Shown piece by piece: positions 1-10,341 of a stretch of 64,000 nt of DNA. The DNA lies in the NCBI GenBank assembly GCA_965248195.1, contig CBDFIQ010000001.1, positions 1,408,001 to 1,472,000 on the forward strand. Direction: 5' to 3'. The position numbers and the translations under genes are program-made. The stretch is from Longimicrobiales bacterium (lineage in GTDB: Bacteria; Gemmatimonadota; Gemmatimonadetes; Longimicrobiales; Gaopeijiaceae). A model generated the notes under the pieces. It had not been told where the DNA came from and ran no database searches. It saw nothing but the letters and a program-made list of their open reading frames with translations. Each line of letters starts with the position of its first letter. Position 1 is the first letter of the stretch.

Positions 1-59
1 AGCAGGAGCAGCCCGAGGAAACGAGCCGCCTGTTGATCGAGTTTCTGAGGGGCGTGTAG
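1..59 (+). CDS. 3' end of a gene entering the window, probably an alpha/beta hydrolase
   Basis: Frame starting at base 3 reads QEQPEETSRLLIEFLRGV*, typical of the C-terminal helix of epoxide-hydrolase-like proteins. Confidence 0.5.
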   Translation, partial: QEQPEETSRLLIEFLRGV

Positions 60-117
60 GCTCCTGGTGTAGGCTCCTGAGGCTACCCCTTGCTGAGGAG
101 CGTGTAAGCTCCTGCGG

Positions 118-1296
118 CTACTCCGCCTTGAGAAGGGCGACGGGATCGGTTCGGGAGGCCCGAAGGGCAGGGAAAAGGCTGGCCAGGACGGCGGTGGACA
201 TCACCAGACCGATGACCACGACGTAGGTCGTGGCGTCGGTGGCGCTGACGCCGAACACCAGCCCCTGGAGAAGGCGTGAGGTGGCGAGAGCTGCGGCGGC
301 GCCCAGAGCGGCACCAACCACCGTCACCCGCAGCCCCTCTCCCACGACCTCCCTGAAGACGTCCCCGCGGCTGGCCCCCAGCGCGAGGCGGATCCCCACC
401 TCCGGACCCCGCTGGGCCACTGCGTAGCTGAGCACCCCATACACGCCGATCATCGCGAGCAGGATGGCGACTCCGGCGAACACGCCCAGAAGCGTGGCGG
501 TGAAACGAGGTCGGGAAACGCTCTCCTCTACGATGGCCGTGAGGGGCTCCGCGCCGAAAAGCATCAACGCGGGATCCAACTCTTGGAGGACCCGTCGAGC
601 TTCCGCAGCGAGCGCCGCCGACTCTCGGTCCGAACGGAGGAGAAGGGTCGCCTGGTTCCAGGGGATCTGGGCCATTGGGACGTAGATGGCCGGCTCGTTC
701 GCCTGGTCCGGGCCACGAAAACGCTCGTCACCCATCACACCGACGACCCGCCAGCTCAGCCCCCAGAAGCGGATATCCCGGCCAACAGCGCCGGCCTCTC
801 CAAAAAACTGGGATGCCGCGGTTTGGTTGATCACACCCACGTACGGCTCCCCCCTGGCATCTCCCTCTTCGATGGTTCGTCCTTCCAGGAGGGGGACTCG
901 GACGACGTCGAGGTATCCCGGGGATATGAAGCGGGTCCGGATCTCCGGAAAGTCCCGGGACTCCGCCTCCCGCCCGGGGATGACGAACGAATTCGTGAAT
1001 CCCGGATCCAGGGGATGCTGGATCGCCAGCGTCGCGGCCTTGACGCCCGGGATCTGGCGGACCCTCTCGAGATAACGCCGGTGAAAGTCGTTGATCTCAG
1101 AATCCTCGGGGTACCGGCTGGTAGGAAGGGCATACTCCGCCTTCACGATGCCCGCGGTCGAGAAGCCCAAGTCCACTGATTGGAGCTCCCAGAAGCTGCG
1201 CACCAGGATTCCGGCGCCCACCACCAGGGTCACCGCCAGGGCGATCTCGGCTACCACCAACCCCGATCGGTAACGCCGCACCGCCCGGCCCCACCG
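118..1296 (-). pseudogene. C-terminal half of an ADOP/MacB-FtsX-type ABC permease, 5' half missing
   Basis: GLVVAEIALAVTLVVGAGILVRSF and EVGIRLALGA motifs are the second half of the ~800 aa duplicated permeases; the frame is closed upstream by the TAG of CTAG at 1297-1300. Confidence 0.8.
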
Positions 1297-1797
1297 CTAG
1301 TGTACTTTGGTCCGGGGGATCCCACCTGGCAGGTTCACCTCAACTCGACGTGGACTCTGCTCGAAGACTGGCGCCTCTCGGTCACGCTCGACGCCCAGGG
1401 AGGAAACTGGCTGAACGGCGACTACATCGCAGGCCAGAACACTCGGCACGCGGAAAAGACGATCAAGCAGGACGACGCCATCTGGCAAGGTTTTCGTCTC
1501 TTCTCTCGCGATGGCCCCACGATGTACAGGGGTGATTTTCTCAAGCTCCGCGAGGTGTCTCTCCGATATACATTTCCGGCGTCCTTGGCAGGGAGTCTTG
1601 GTGCGTCCTCGGCTAACATTGTCGGGTCCGTGTACAATATCGCGACACTGTGGGCTAAAGATCGATTCACCCGGTTCGGCCAGTACATCTGGGATCAGGA
1701 GATGCAGGCGCCCAACTTCGAATACATGGGCCAGGTGCCTGGCGGGACGCCACCTCCCATGTCGCGTGCGACGGTGCGCGTGAACTTCGTCTTCTGA
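1297..1797 (+). pseudogene. C-terminal fragment of a SusC/RagA TonB-dependent receptor
   Basis: GDFLKLREVSLRYTFP motif and terminal VRVNFVF; similar to the C-terminus of 14846..18037; no 5' part beyond the CTAG junction. Confidence 0.85.
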
Positions 1798-1862
1798 TGA
1801 GCTCCTCGAGGCGAGAAAGGTCGAGCACACGGGACTCCAAAAAAAACGGGACGGATATACCG

Positions 1863-3218
1863 ATGACCGATACACATATGACAATCAGAGCGAACGGCAC
1901 GCGAATCGCCGAGGGGTCGCGATCCACATCGAGCAAGCGCCGGCTTGTCTTCCCGCTCTTGCTTCTCGGGCTGGCACCGCTGACGGCGTGTGGCCAGTTG
2001 GATGACCTGCTGCAGGCTGAGCTCCCCGGGCAGGTCGTCGACGAGGATCTCAACAGCCCGCTGCTGGCGGAGACTCTAGTTGCCGGGGCACAGGCGGATT
2101 TCGAGTGCGGGTATCAGGGGCACCTACTGGGCGTCGAAGCCGGCTTCGCCAACGTTTTTCATTACACCAATTTCCAGATCGAGATGATCCGGATCGCTAA
2201 CCGGCAAGCTCGGACCATCGAGCACGGGATAGGAGAGTGCACGAGCAACCGGGACCCGATCTGGTTCATCATGCAGCGCGGCCGAGCGCAAGCCGCGGAT
2301 GCGGCCCGTAGGATCCTGGAGGAGATGGACGCGGCAGAGGTGGACGACTTGGACTTCCTGGTCGGAAAGGCCTTCGCCTACGAGGGTTACGCCACCCAGA
2401 TTCTCTCCGAGGCCTGGTGCGAGATGGTGTTCGACGGGAGCGGGACCAGGGTTTCACGACTGGACGGCATGGCCCAAGCGGAAGCTCGATTCGACTTAGC
2501 CATCCAGCATTCCACGAGCGCGCTTTCCGGTTCGCGGGCGGCAGAGGCCCAGGACATCATAGATCTGGCGCTGGTCGGACGTGCCAGGTCCAGGCTGAAT
2601 CAGGGAGATCTGCCTGGGGCGCTCACCGACGCGCAAGCGGTGACTGCAGGCTTCGTCTACTACGCGACCTACGAGACGTCACCCGGACGCCGTGGGGGCA
2701 TGGTAGACAGACTCGAGGACGGCTTTGTCGTGCACGCACGCGACCGTAACTTGACGCTACCGTACGCCGGGGGGATGCCGGATCCAAGGGTCCCCATTGC
2801 CAGTATCGGACCCCATGACCTCACCGGAGTCGGAGAATGGTGGATCCAGACGAAGTACGCGGATGACGGAACGGACACGCCGTTCGCGAGTTGGCGGGAA
2901 GCGCAGCTCATGATCGCGGAGATCGACCCAGCCCAGTCCCTGGCCATCATCAACGTATTGCGCTCGGACCCCACCGGAATACACAGTGAACTGGATTCGA
3001 GCGCGTGGCCTCTGCCGGCCTACGGCGGCGGGACTGCCGCGGAAATCGCGGCCACGGTTATGGAGGAGCGACGGCGGGAGCTATTCCTGCAAGGAGTGCA
3101 GATGGGGGACGACCAGCGATCGGGTGACTTCTCGCATTGGGACACGGGCCAGAGCCTGGTCAATGCGCCCATTGGGACAATCACTTGCCTCCCCCTACCG
3201 GAGCTGGAGTTCCTTTAG
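1863..3218 (+). CDS. SusD/RagB-like outer-membrane lipoprotein
   Basis: Lipobox LTAC, WREAQLMIAE and EERRRELF motifs, directly after the SusC fragment; start could also be 1878. Confidence 0.85.
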   Translation: MTDTHMTIRANGTRIAEGSRSTSSKRRLVFPLLLLGLAPLTACGQLDDLLQAELPGQVVDEDLNSPLLAETLVAGAQADFECGYQGHLLGVEAGFANVFHYTNFQIEMIRIANRQARTIEHGIGECTSNRDPIWFIMQRGRAQAADAARRILEEMDAAEVDDLDFLVGKAFAYEGYATQILSEAWCEMVFDGSGTRVSRLDGMAQAEARFDLAIQHSTSALSGSRAAEAQDIIDLALVGRARSRLNQGDLPGALTDAQAVTAGFVYYATYETSPGRRGGMVDRLEDGFVVHARDRNLTLPYAGGMPDPRVPIASIGPHDLTGVGEWWIQTKYADDGTDTPFASWREAQLMIAEIDPAQSLAIINVLRSDPTGIHSELDSSAWPLPAYGGGTAAEIAATVMEERRRELFLQGVQMGDDQRSGDFSHWDTGQSLVNAPIGTITCLPLPELEFL

Positions 3219-3244
3219 ACGCGCAAATGTTTCCCTCCTGGGTA

Positions 3245-3279
3245 AAGAGGGGAAGAGACGATAAGAGGGGAAGAGACGA
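3245..3279. repeat. Tandem 17-bp purine-rich direct repeat (period 18)
   Basis: aagaggggaagagacga at 3245-3261 and 3263-3279. Confidence 0.8.
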
Positions 3280-3284
3280 GTTGT

Positions 3285-4109
3285 GTGCCGGCGTGGACGA
3301 TGAGGCGGGCTCAGGGGTCTAGTTTGCTCAAAGTCCTGACGGTAGCTGTGGCGTCAGCCGTCGGGATTTTCCTCTCCGGCTCTCACTTCGCGGTTGAGGG
3401 CCAAGCGGGTGCATCTCTGACGGGCATCGTACTGCAGGAGGGGAGCGACCAACCGCTTCCCGGCGCCACGCTCGTGATTCTGGAGACGCGGCGATCGGTC
3501 GTGACTGATGACAACGGGGAGTTTTCCTTCCTCGAGCTTACACCGGGCGAGGTTGTGCTGAGAGCCGGTCTCGACGGCTATGCGTCTGTGGTGGAGTCGC
3601 TGGAGATCGCTTCGAACGAGGTAGGGTTCGTGCAGCTCAGGCTCCCGCCCCTCTTCGCGGCCCTGGATGAGATTTTCGTGATAGCCGAGGAAAGTTCACG
3701 TCGAGCCGGCTACCAGGAAGCGTCGGTCCAAAACGACGATGGCAATATTGGGACTGCAGCGGACCTCCTCGAAGGGAAGGTGCTCGGACTGGATCTTCGG
3801 CGAAACACGGGTGTGGCAGGTGGCGGAGCGAGAGTTCAGCTGCGCGGCCCGAGCTCCCTGTCCCTGAGCAACGAGCCTGTCATATACGTGGATGGGATTC
3901 GGATCTCTTCGCGGATCGGGAGCCTCGACTCCAGAAACTCCGCCGGCCTCCATGCGCTCGAAATGATTCCCGCCAGTGCCGTAGAGCGCATTCGTGTTCT
4001 CCGAGGTCCCTCGGCCGGGGCGCAGTATCAGGATGCGACTAACGGAGTGATCCTTATCGAGACACGCCAGGGTCGATCTGGCGACAGAGACGCTGGCGGA
4101 AGCAACTGA
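3285..4109 (+). CDS. Carboxypeptidase-regulatory-like domain + TonB-dependent plug domain protein with no barrel
   Basis: Signal peptide, PLPGATL..TDDNGEF domain, plug motifs EPVIYVDG and ERIRVLRGPSA..GVILIETR, then a stop. Confidence 0.8.
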   Translation: MPAWTMRRAQGSSLLKVLTVAVASAVGIFLSGSHFAVEGQAGASLTGIVLQEGSDQPLPGATLVILETRRSVVTDDNGEFSFLELTPGEVVLRAGLDGYASVVESLEIASNEVGFVQLRLPPLFAALDEIFVIAEESSRRAGYQEASVQNDDGNIGTAADLLEGKVLGLDLRRNTGVAGGGARVQLRGPSSLSLSNEPVIYVDGIRISSRIGSLDSRNSAGLHALEMIPASAVERIRVLRGPSAGAQYQDATNGVILIETRQGRSGDRDAGGSN

Positions 4110-4227
4110 GCACTGTCGCGGGCCACTATATTATTCGGCAACTTCAGGGGCTGACCCGGTTTGTTGGGCGACGGCCAAAGGCGAGAGGGTTCCTGAGGAG
4201 TGGCTGGGAAGAGGGAGCGGAGTTGGG

Positions 4228-4785
4228 TTATCGTCCCGAAACCATGAGATGCGCGCCGGACGTACCTGCCTCCATGAGCCAAAGCATGGCCGGACCGCGA
4301 GCAATCGGGAAGCCGAGGTCTCGGGTGGCGTAAGGCACGGCCACCACGGTGTGGGTTCGGTAATCCTGGGCGGAGTCCCCATACACGTGGTAGTAGATGC
4401 TTCCCCGTACAGACAAGGCACGAGTTCCGTCCGCCTCGGCCCGCTCGAAGCGAGCCAGGATTTCAGCCACTGTCCCTCCAGCGCTCTCGAAAGCATGGTT
4501 CTGCTCCAATCGCGGACGATTGGCTTCGGCGGTGCACTGGACGTCGAGGGGGGCCATTTGACCGGGACGGCCTTCATTGTCCCAGCAGATCAGGCCGTTG
4601 CTGCCCCCGCGGAGCGCCGCTGTGCTGCCGTCAGGACGGAGCTCGAGGATCGTCGCCTCGGCACGCAATGAGGCCGGCGCGGCGAGCAGCGTCTGCTCGA
4701 TATCTGCGTCAGCGGATTGGGCGCACAGGGCGGACGGCAGAAGAACTGCGGTGAAAGGGAGGAACAGTAGGCGCTTCATCAACAT
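4228..4785 (-). CDS. Hypothetical exported protein
   Basis: ATG at 4785 after GGAGG; signal peptide MLMKRLLFLPFTAVLLPSALCAQ. Confidence 0.75.
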   Translation of the reverse strand: MLMKRLLFLPFTAVLLPSALCAQSADADIEQTLLAAPASLRAEATILELRPDGSTAALRGGSNGLICWDNEGRPGQMAPLDVQCTAEANRPRLEQNHAFESAGGTVAEILARFERAEADGTRALSVRGSIYYHVYGDSAQDYRTHTVVAVPYATRDLGFPIARGPAMLWLMEAGTSGAHLMVSGR

Positions 4786-4867
4786 GGCCTCCGTTGGAAG
4801 GGTCTCATGATGGAGCTCGCCTCGATCTGCTCGCTGGCTCATAGGCTCCTAACCGCTCACTTGCCTT

Positions 4868-4929
4868 GCGGAGCATTGGCATCTACCGTGTGTACAGAGC
4901 GGAGCATTGGCATCTACCGTGTGTACAGA
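4868..4929. repeat. Perfect 31-bp tandem duplication in a divergent intergenic region
   Basis: gcggagcattggcatctaccgtgtgtacaga at 4868-4898 and 4899-4929. Confidence 0.95.
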
Positions 4930-4969
4930 AAAGTGGCAGCCTGCAAACTTTCCCGATCCGGGGGTGACC

Positions 4970-6085
4970 ATGCGTAGCACGCGAGCGACCATAATGTTTC
5001 CGATTTTGGCGGGGCTGATGTTGGCGGGATCGCCGCTCGGCGCTCAAAAGGTGGAACGGCTCGACTCCTACGAGGGGGTCGCGATACGAATCCTGCAGAG
5101 CAACAATGCCGGAAACGTGCACGCCGTCATCGATCCGGCTCTGAACAAGGTCGTCGGGTACCTGGAGGGCTGTGCGCGGGCTCACAATATCTTCGCGCAT
5201 CCCGATGGGCTCTACTATTACTGCTCGAACGAAACAGAAAACACGCTCGACGTCTTCGATACGGTCACGTTGCAGCTGCTCGAGCAGCTCCCGCTCACGG
5301 CTCGTCCGAACAAGGCCGCCTACAACAAGTACAACCGTAAGATCTACGTGGGGATCGCTAGGGCGCCCTTTGTTGATGTATTCGATCTAGACACCCACGA
5401 GAAGCTTGGAAGCATCCCGGTGGCGACCGGGATTCACAACGTCTATGTGAGCCCGGATGGGAAGTGGGTGGTTGCCGGTTTGAACGGTCGGAGTGAGGGG
5501 TCTATTCAGGTCATCGACGCCAGCACCGATCAAGTGGTGAGGGAAATCTCGCTGGTCGCGCCCAGCGGTGTAATCCACCGCGTCCGGCCAATGATGTTCC
5601 TTGCCGCGGAGGACGGGTCGACGGACAAGATTCTCGCGCAAGGCGCCGCGGTCAACGGAGTGTTTGTGATCGACTGGGAGACAGGGGAGACGGAGCGAAT
5701 GCTCTACCCGCCGCGTCTGCCAGCGTGGAAGCAGAGCGCCGAAGCCAACCAGGGCGCTCCGATGCATGGCTTGGAAGTGCTGCCAGATCGCTCCGCAATC
5801 TGGGCGTCAAGCCGCTTGGATAGCCGAATCTACGGTTGGTCTCTTCCTGATTTCGAGTTCATCGGCGGGGTCGAGGTCGGGCCCGCGGCGAACTGGTTGA
5901 CGCCGACACCGGACAGTCGGTACATGTACGTGGCCGTCTCGGGCGCTGACTATACGGTGGCCGTCGACCTCCAGGAGCTCAAAGTGGTGGCGAGAATGAC
6001 GGTAGGCGCCGGACCCAAGCGCATTGACACGGCGGTCCTTCCGCTGGACCGCGTTGAGAACACGACGACCACTCAGGGCCCGTAG
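4970..6085 (+). CDS. YncE/YVTN-type beta-propeller protein, exported
   Basis: Signal peptide, repeated HNxxxxPDG and VxD blade motifs. Confidence 0.8.
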   Translation: MRSTRATIMFPILAGLMLAGSPLGAQKVERLDSYEGVAIRILQSNNAGNVHAVIDPALNKVVGYLEGCARAHNIFAHPDGLYYYCSNETENTLDVFDTVTLQLLEQLPLTARPNKAAYNKYNRKIYVGIARAPFVDVFDLDTHEKLGSIPVATGIHNVYVSPDGKWVVAGLNGRSEGSIQVIDASTDQVVREISLVAPSGVIHRVRPMMFLAAEDGSTDKILAQGAAVNGVFVIDWETGETERMLYPPRLPAWKQSAEANQGAPMHGLEVLPDRSAIWASSRLDSRIYGWSLPDFEFIGGVEVGPAANWLTPTPDSRYMYVAVSGADYTVAVDLQELKVVARMTVGAGPKRIDTAVLPLDRVENTTTTQGP

Positions 6086-6157
6086 TTTCTTCCGCTGGGA
6101 GCAGGCTGTCTGTGCCCAGAGTTGGGGCGTCGACCTAACACAGAGGTGGTGACAAGC

Positions 6158-7090
6158 ATGAACCTGAAGACTAGAGGGCGTGGTTTGGGGGGATGGGTGG
6201 CCGGCTTCTTCGTGCTTGCCGGCGTCGGCATTCTTGCTGGTCCTGGCCTGACCTCGGAAGGCTTGGGGTTGGCGGAGCCGCTACATGCATCCACAGGCCC
6301 GTCCACCAACGGTGCGACGCTTCAAGTTCCGTTCGACTTCTACCGGCAGAACGTCGAGCCACTGTTCCTGAGGCCTCGCGGCTACCCGGGGACGGTTGGC
6401 GGCCGCGCCGCATGTGTCATGTGCCACGTGTGGCAAACGAGCGTTCGTTTTTCCCTCGAGGAGCCGACCGAAACACCGGATGGAGGGGCCTGGACAGAGG
6501 AACAGTCTCGCCGGAACTTCGAGGTCGTGACCCAACTGGTCAACGCCTCCGACCCAGAGTCCAGCAGGTTTCTGCTGAAGCCGTTGGCGCCCGTGGCCGG
6601 CGGGCTAGTTCACACGGGCGGCAACTTCTGGGATTCTACTCAGGACCCCGAGTATCAAGTCGTACTCGACTGGATCCGTGCCCTCCCGGCGGCGGAGTTC
6701 ACGCCTGCCGACGTGCGGGTGGCCGTCGACTTCGAGTACTATCGCTCCTGCGTCCACCCGGGGGTGCTCAGTGTCGGGAATTACGGGCAGCTCTCGTGCA
6801 CGTCGTGTCATGCAGGCGGCTCGGCAGGGTTCGCCCCGGTCGGCGCCAGCGGTGGCGCGTTGACGGAGGCGGAAGCCCGACAGGGATTCCAGGTGCTCCA
6901 GAGACTGATCGTGCCTGGTGATCCCGAGCGGAGTCGCTTCTTGCTGAAGCCCCTGCACCCGGACGGTGGCGGTTCGTATGCCCACAACGGCGTGAGGCGG
7001 TGGCAGAACCGGAATAATCCGGAGTGGCAGACGCTTGCGGCGTGGGTTCGCGGGGAGGTGACTGGCAGCGAGTGTTCGCCGGTGTATTAG
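6158..7090 (+). CDS. Membrane-anchored di-haem c-type cytochrome with an internal duplication
   Basis: CVMCH and CTSCH in two homologous halves, each with SRFLLKPL..GG..H..G..W. Confidence 0.75.
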   Translation: MNLKTRGRGLGGWVAGFFVLAGVGILAGPGLTSEGLGLAEPLHASTGPSTNGATLQVPFDFYRQNVEPLFLRPRGYPGTVGGRAACVMCHVWQTSVRFSLEEPTETPDGGAWTEEQSRRNFEVVTQLVNASDPESSRFLLKPLAPVAGGLVHTGGNFWDSTQDPEYQVVLDWIRALPAAEFTPADVRVAVDFEYYRSCVHPGVLSVGNYGQLSCTSCHAGGSAGFAPVGASGGALTEAEARQGFQVLQRLIVPGDPERSRFLLKPLHPDGGGSYAHNGVRRWQNRNNPEWQTLAAWVRGEVTGSECSPVY

Positions 7091-7109
7091 GCAGCAAGAG
7101 GCCGCCGGG

Positions 7110-8114
7110 TCAGTCCATGCCCGCCTGCTCCCTCACATACCGCGCTGCGTCCTCGTGCGTGGCGAACCAGACCTCTCCCTTTGCCTGCATGTGGTCGATC
7201 AGCCCCTCCAGCGCGACAATCCGTGAGCGGTGGCCGCTCACGTGCGGATGCATGGTGAGCAAGAACATTGTGCCCTCCTCCCAAGCCTTGTCGAACTCGT
7301 CGATCCATACCTGCATGACATCACGCGGATTCATGTAGCTGTTGCCACGCGGGTTGAAGAGCGGCGCATCGTCCAGAATCCACTCGACCGGAAGCTCCAC
7401 GACGCCGGTGGCCTCGCCGTCCTGCATGAGCTCATACGGACGGTCGTCGGCCATGAGCGAGCTCTCGTACAGGAAGCCCAGCTCACGGATGATCCGGAGC
7501 GTGTTGGGGCTGTGGTTCCACGACGGGGCCCGGTAGCCGACCGGCCGCTCGCCTGTGATCTCCTCCATGGCTTCCATAGCCTGGCGGAGCAGGCGCTCCT
7601 CTGTGGCGCCGTCGAGCGCGGTATTCAACTCGTGGATCCATCCGTGCACGCCGATCTCGTGCATGTCCGACCCCTTGATCACGTCGGCCTGTTCCGGGGC
7701 GAGCTTGAGACTCCAAGCCGGGAAGAAGAAGGTCGCCGGGATGTTCTCTCTGTCGAGCAGGCGCACGACGCGGGGTAGCGCGACGCGCGCCCCGTATTGG
7801 CCCTGCGATAGGGGGCCGATGCTGACACTTCCCGTGCGAAGCCCCTGGACTGTCTCGTTGTCCACATCGAAGGAGAGCAGGACCGCGACCCGCGCATCGC
7901 CCGGCCACGACTCCGGATTCAGGTCGCGGCCTGCGCGGACCTGATTCACGACGGCGCGGACGTACTCCTCCGACCAGTTCCACGGTTCGGCCGGGTCGGG
8001 TGTGGCCAGCGCCGGGGCGTCGGGGACCTGGCACGCTGCGGCATTGAGGCAGAGAACTACGGGTGCGAGGAGCAGCGTGCCCGTCCATCGGGGCGACGTA
8101 GTCTTCAGGTTCAT
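7110..8114 (-). CDS. Polysaccharide deacetylase (CE4/PuuE-like) lipoprotein
   Basis: SFDVD, HEIGVHGWIHE, GYRAPSW and LTMHPH motifs; lipobox AAAC. Confidence 0.9.
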   Translation of the reverse strand: MNLKTTSPRWTGTLLLAPVVLCLNAAACQVPDAPALATPDPAEPWNWSEEYVRAVVNQVRAGRDLNPESWPGDARVAVLLSFDVDNETVQGLRTGSVSIGPLSQGQYGARVALPRVVRLLDRENIPATFFFPAWSLKLAPEQADVIKGSDMHEIGVHGWIHELNTALDGATEERLLRQAMEAMEEITGERPVGYRAPSWNHSPNTLRIIRELGFLYESSLMADDRPYELMQDGEATGVVELPVEWILDDAPLFNPRGNSYMNPRDVMQVWIDEFDKAWEEGTMFLLTMHPHVSGHRSRIVALEGLIDHMQAKGEVWFATHEDAARYVREQAGMD

Positions 8115-8131
8115 CGGACGACTCCGATTTG

Positions 8132-9142
8132 TCAGCGCAGAGGGGCGAACTTGAGCAGTTTCATTCCAGGGTTCTCTCCCCCGTACAAGTTGCCCCGAGC
8201 ATCCACCGCCACGGTCTCCGCCACCCTCGCGGTACCAGATTCCGGCACCGGAGCCCTGATGAAGGCTGACACGGATCCATCTCTCGCACTTCCGATCCGG
8301 ATGCCTTCGGCGAGGTCGGCCACATACAACATATCGTCCGGGGTGATGAAGAGCCCGCTCGGAGCCCCAAACTGCGTCCACGCGTCGATGAAGCCTCCAT
8401 CCTGGTCGAAGATCTGGATTCGCCGATTCCCCCGGTCAGCCACGAACAATCGTCCTCTGGAATCGAAAGCGAGACCGTGGGCACCATCCAGCTCACCGGG
8501 AGCCGTCCCTTTTTCTCCCCACTCCTTGATGAACGTGCCATCCTTCGAGAACTTCACGATCCGCATGTTCGTATCCATGCCGCTGTGTCCGTCGGCCACG
8601 AAGATGTCCCCGTTCGCCGCTATCGCGACATCAGACGGCCGATTGAGCGTGTTGGGTCCTTCGCCGGCAACACCGGGCTGGCCCAGGGTCAACACGAGCT
8701 CCCCATCTGGGTTGAACTTTAGAACCGTATGACCCCTTCCGCCTTCGCCACGGCCATCGGTCACGTACACGTTGCCCTCGTGGTCGAGGGCGAGACCGTG
8801 CGGGTAGAGGAACATCCCGGCACCGAAGCTTTGGACCAGCGTCCCGGAGGAGTCGAACTTCAGAATCGGTGAAACGTCCGATTCGGCGCATCCAGGGCCG
8901 TTGAAGTCACCGCATCGTTCCAATACCCACACGCTTTCTTGGTCGGGGTCCATCTCGACGCCGGTCGGGGCACCCCAGGTCCGTCCACTGGGCAGCCGAG
9001 CCCAGTCGTCCGCGCCTCGATAGGCATGGAGCACTGGACCCGATTGGCCGTAGGCCTCGCCAGACGGTATGCAAAGGCCCACCGCAAAAACAAACACGAA
9101 GGCGATCCCAAGAAAGTCATTCACTCGACCGGAAGGGCGCAT
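8132..9142 (-). CDS. NHL-repeat protein (peptidyl-alpha-hydroxyglycine alpha-amidating lyase-like)
   Basis: PHGLALD, PSDVAI..GDIFVADG and LFVADRGNRRIQIFD repeats; signal peptide. Confidence 0.85.
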   Translation of the reverse strand: MRPSGRVNDFLGIAFVFVFAVGLCIPSGEAYGQSGPVLHAYRGADDWARLPSGRTWGAPTGVEMDPDQESVWVLERCGDFNGPGCAESDVSPILKFDSSGTLVQSFGAGMFLYPHGLALDHEGNVYVTDGRGEGGRGHTVLKFNPDGELVLTLGQPGVAGEGPNTLNRPSDVAIAANGDIFVADGHSGMDTNMRIVKFSKDGTFIKEWGEKGTAPGELDGAHGLAFDSRGRLFVADRGNRRIQIFDQDGGFIDAWTQFGAPSGLFITPDDMLYVADLAEGIRIGSARDGSVSAFIRAPVPESGTARVAETVAVDARGNLYGGENPGMKLLKFAPLR

Positions 9143-9298
9143 CGTGGAGCCTCCCCTGAAAAATAGTGAGTCACCCGGTAGGTGCCGGCCCCTTGCCGTT
9201 GCACCGTTCGTATGGTCAGCCTAGGCCATGGCGACGGCCGGAGCAACACCAGAGGCCTCGCCCCCGCAGATGGGTTCAAAAAATGAGTCAGATCTTGC

Positions 9299-10144
9299 CT
9301 ATCTCCCCGCGAGCCCCTCGGTGAGCTCGATACGGGTCCCCACCGGATCGACGATGACGGCTCGCTTGACGCCGAGCTCTGACTGTTCCTGGTAGGGAAC
9401 CTCGATCGTCACACCCTCACGTGCCAACCGCGCCAAAAGTCTCTCGAGTCCCTGAACCTCCAATCCGATCCGGTCGATCGCACGCCCGTCATTGGGGCTC
9501 CGCGCCGCCCGCACCGTCAGGAAGTCCAGCTCGGGGCCGGGGAATCCCGGACCTCCCGGAAACTCGGCGGAGAAGAACTGCCGTCTCATGGAGGCTGTAG
9601 CCCCGAAGGTGTGTACGTACCAAGCACGCAAGGCCTCGCCGTTGTCTACGAAGAAGTGAACGTGGTGAAGGGAAATCGGCACTCTGAGCTCGGGGGTTTC
9701 CGTAAACTCGATCTTCACCCCGTCCGGGAACTCTACGGTGAGCTGCCTCAGCCTGTCGTTCTCCGATACGATGGAGATGTCCTCGTCAACGACAAGTCCT
9801 CTTACCGCGACCAGATCGGGTACCAGGAAGCCGACGTGGTCCACGGACGCTCCGGCGGACCCGCCCGTGGGCTCTCCCTCGTTTACGACGAAGACAAGGC
9901 CAGGGACCCGGATCACGTCCCTCGAGCCGAGGGATGTGGTCCGAGCGCCGAACATCTCCCTCCAGAGTCTCTGGTGCTCGGCCGGTTCCCCTACCGTCAG
10001 GTGCACAGTGGCGAAGGAAACCCCACTGTCGTTGGGTGCCGCAAGTTGAGCCGCAAGCGGCGTGAGGACGGCCGCTGGCAGGAGGAGCAGCACAAGTGAA
10101 CTGAGAATTGCCCGGGTTCCATTTTCTCTGAACGCTTCACCCAT
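9299..10144 (-). CDS. Exported VOC/glyoxalase-family protein
   Basis: DHVGF, HHVHF and DPVGTRIELTE motifs; ATG after AGGAGG. Confidence 0.8.
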   Translation of the reverse strand: MGEAFRENGTRAILSSLVLLLLPAAVLTPLAAQLAAPNDSGVSFATVHLTVGEPAEHQRLWREMFGARTTSLGSRDVIRVPGLVFVVNEGEPTGGSAGASVDHVGFLVPDLVAVRGLVVDEDISIVSENDRLRQLTVEFPDGVKIEFTETPELRVPISLHHVHFFVDNGEALRAWYVHTFGATASMRRQFFSAEFPGGPGFPGPELDFLTVRAARSPNDGRAIDRIGLEVQGLERLLARLAREGVTIEVPYQEQSELGVKRAVIVDPVGTRIELTEGLAGR

Positions 10145-10341
10145 TCCGACCTCCTGATCTCTAACGGATTCCCAGCTTTGAGGAGAACCCAAGGTGGGTT
10201 ATCAGAGGGGAAGCGTGCAACAACCCACTGATCGCGTATGAGACGTGACGCCAAGACTGGCGGTTTGTTTCCGGCTGGGCCAGGTTAGGAGCCTGTCCTC
10301 ATGTGCAGGCTGAGCTTCCGTCACTCATCAGGGAGGTTTGG

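Noticed and set aside
52..120. Three short gtgta(g/a)gctcctg repeats between convergent genes
   Set aside because: Too short and irregular for CRISPR or REP; probably local slippage or terminator debris
1180..1797. 205-aa ORF as a complete gene
   Set aside because: The first ~39 codons are antisense permease sequence; only 1297 onward is SusC
6158..8114. Identical 16-nt starts (atgaacctgaagacta) of two convergent unrelated genes
   Set aside because: No similarity beyond 16 nt, no TSD or recombinase; treated as coincidence
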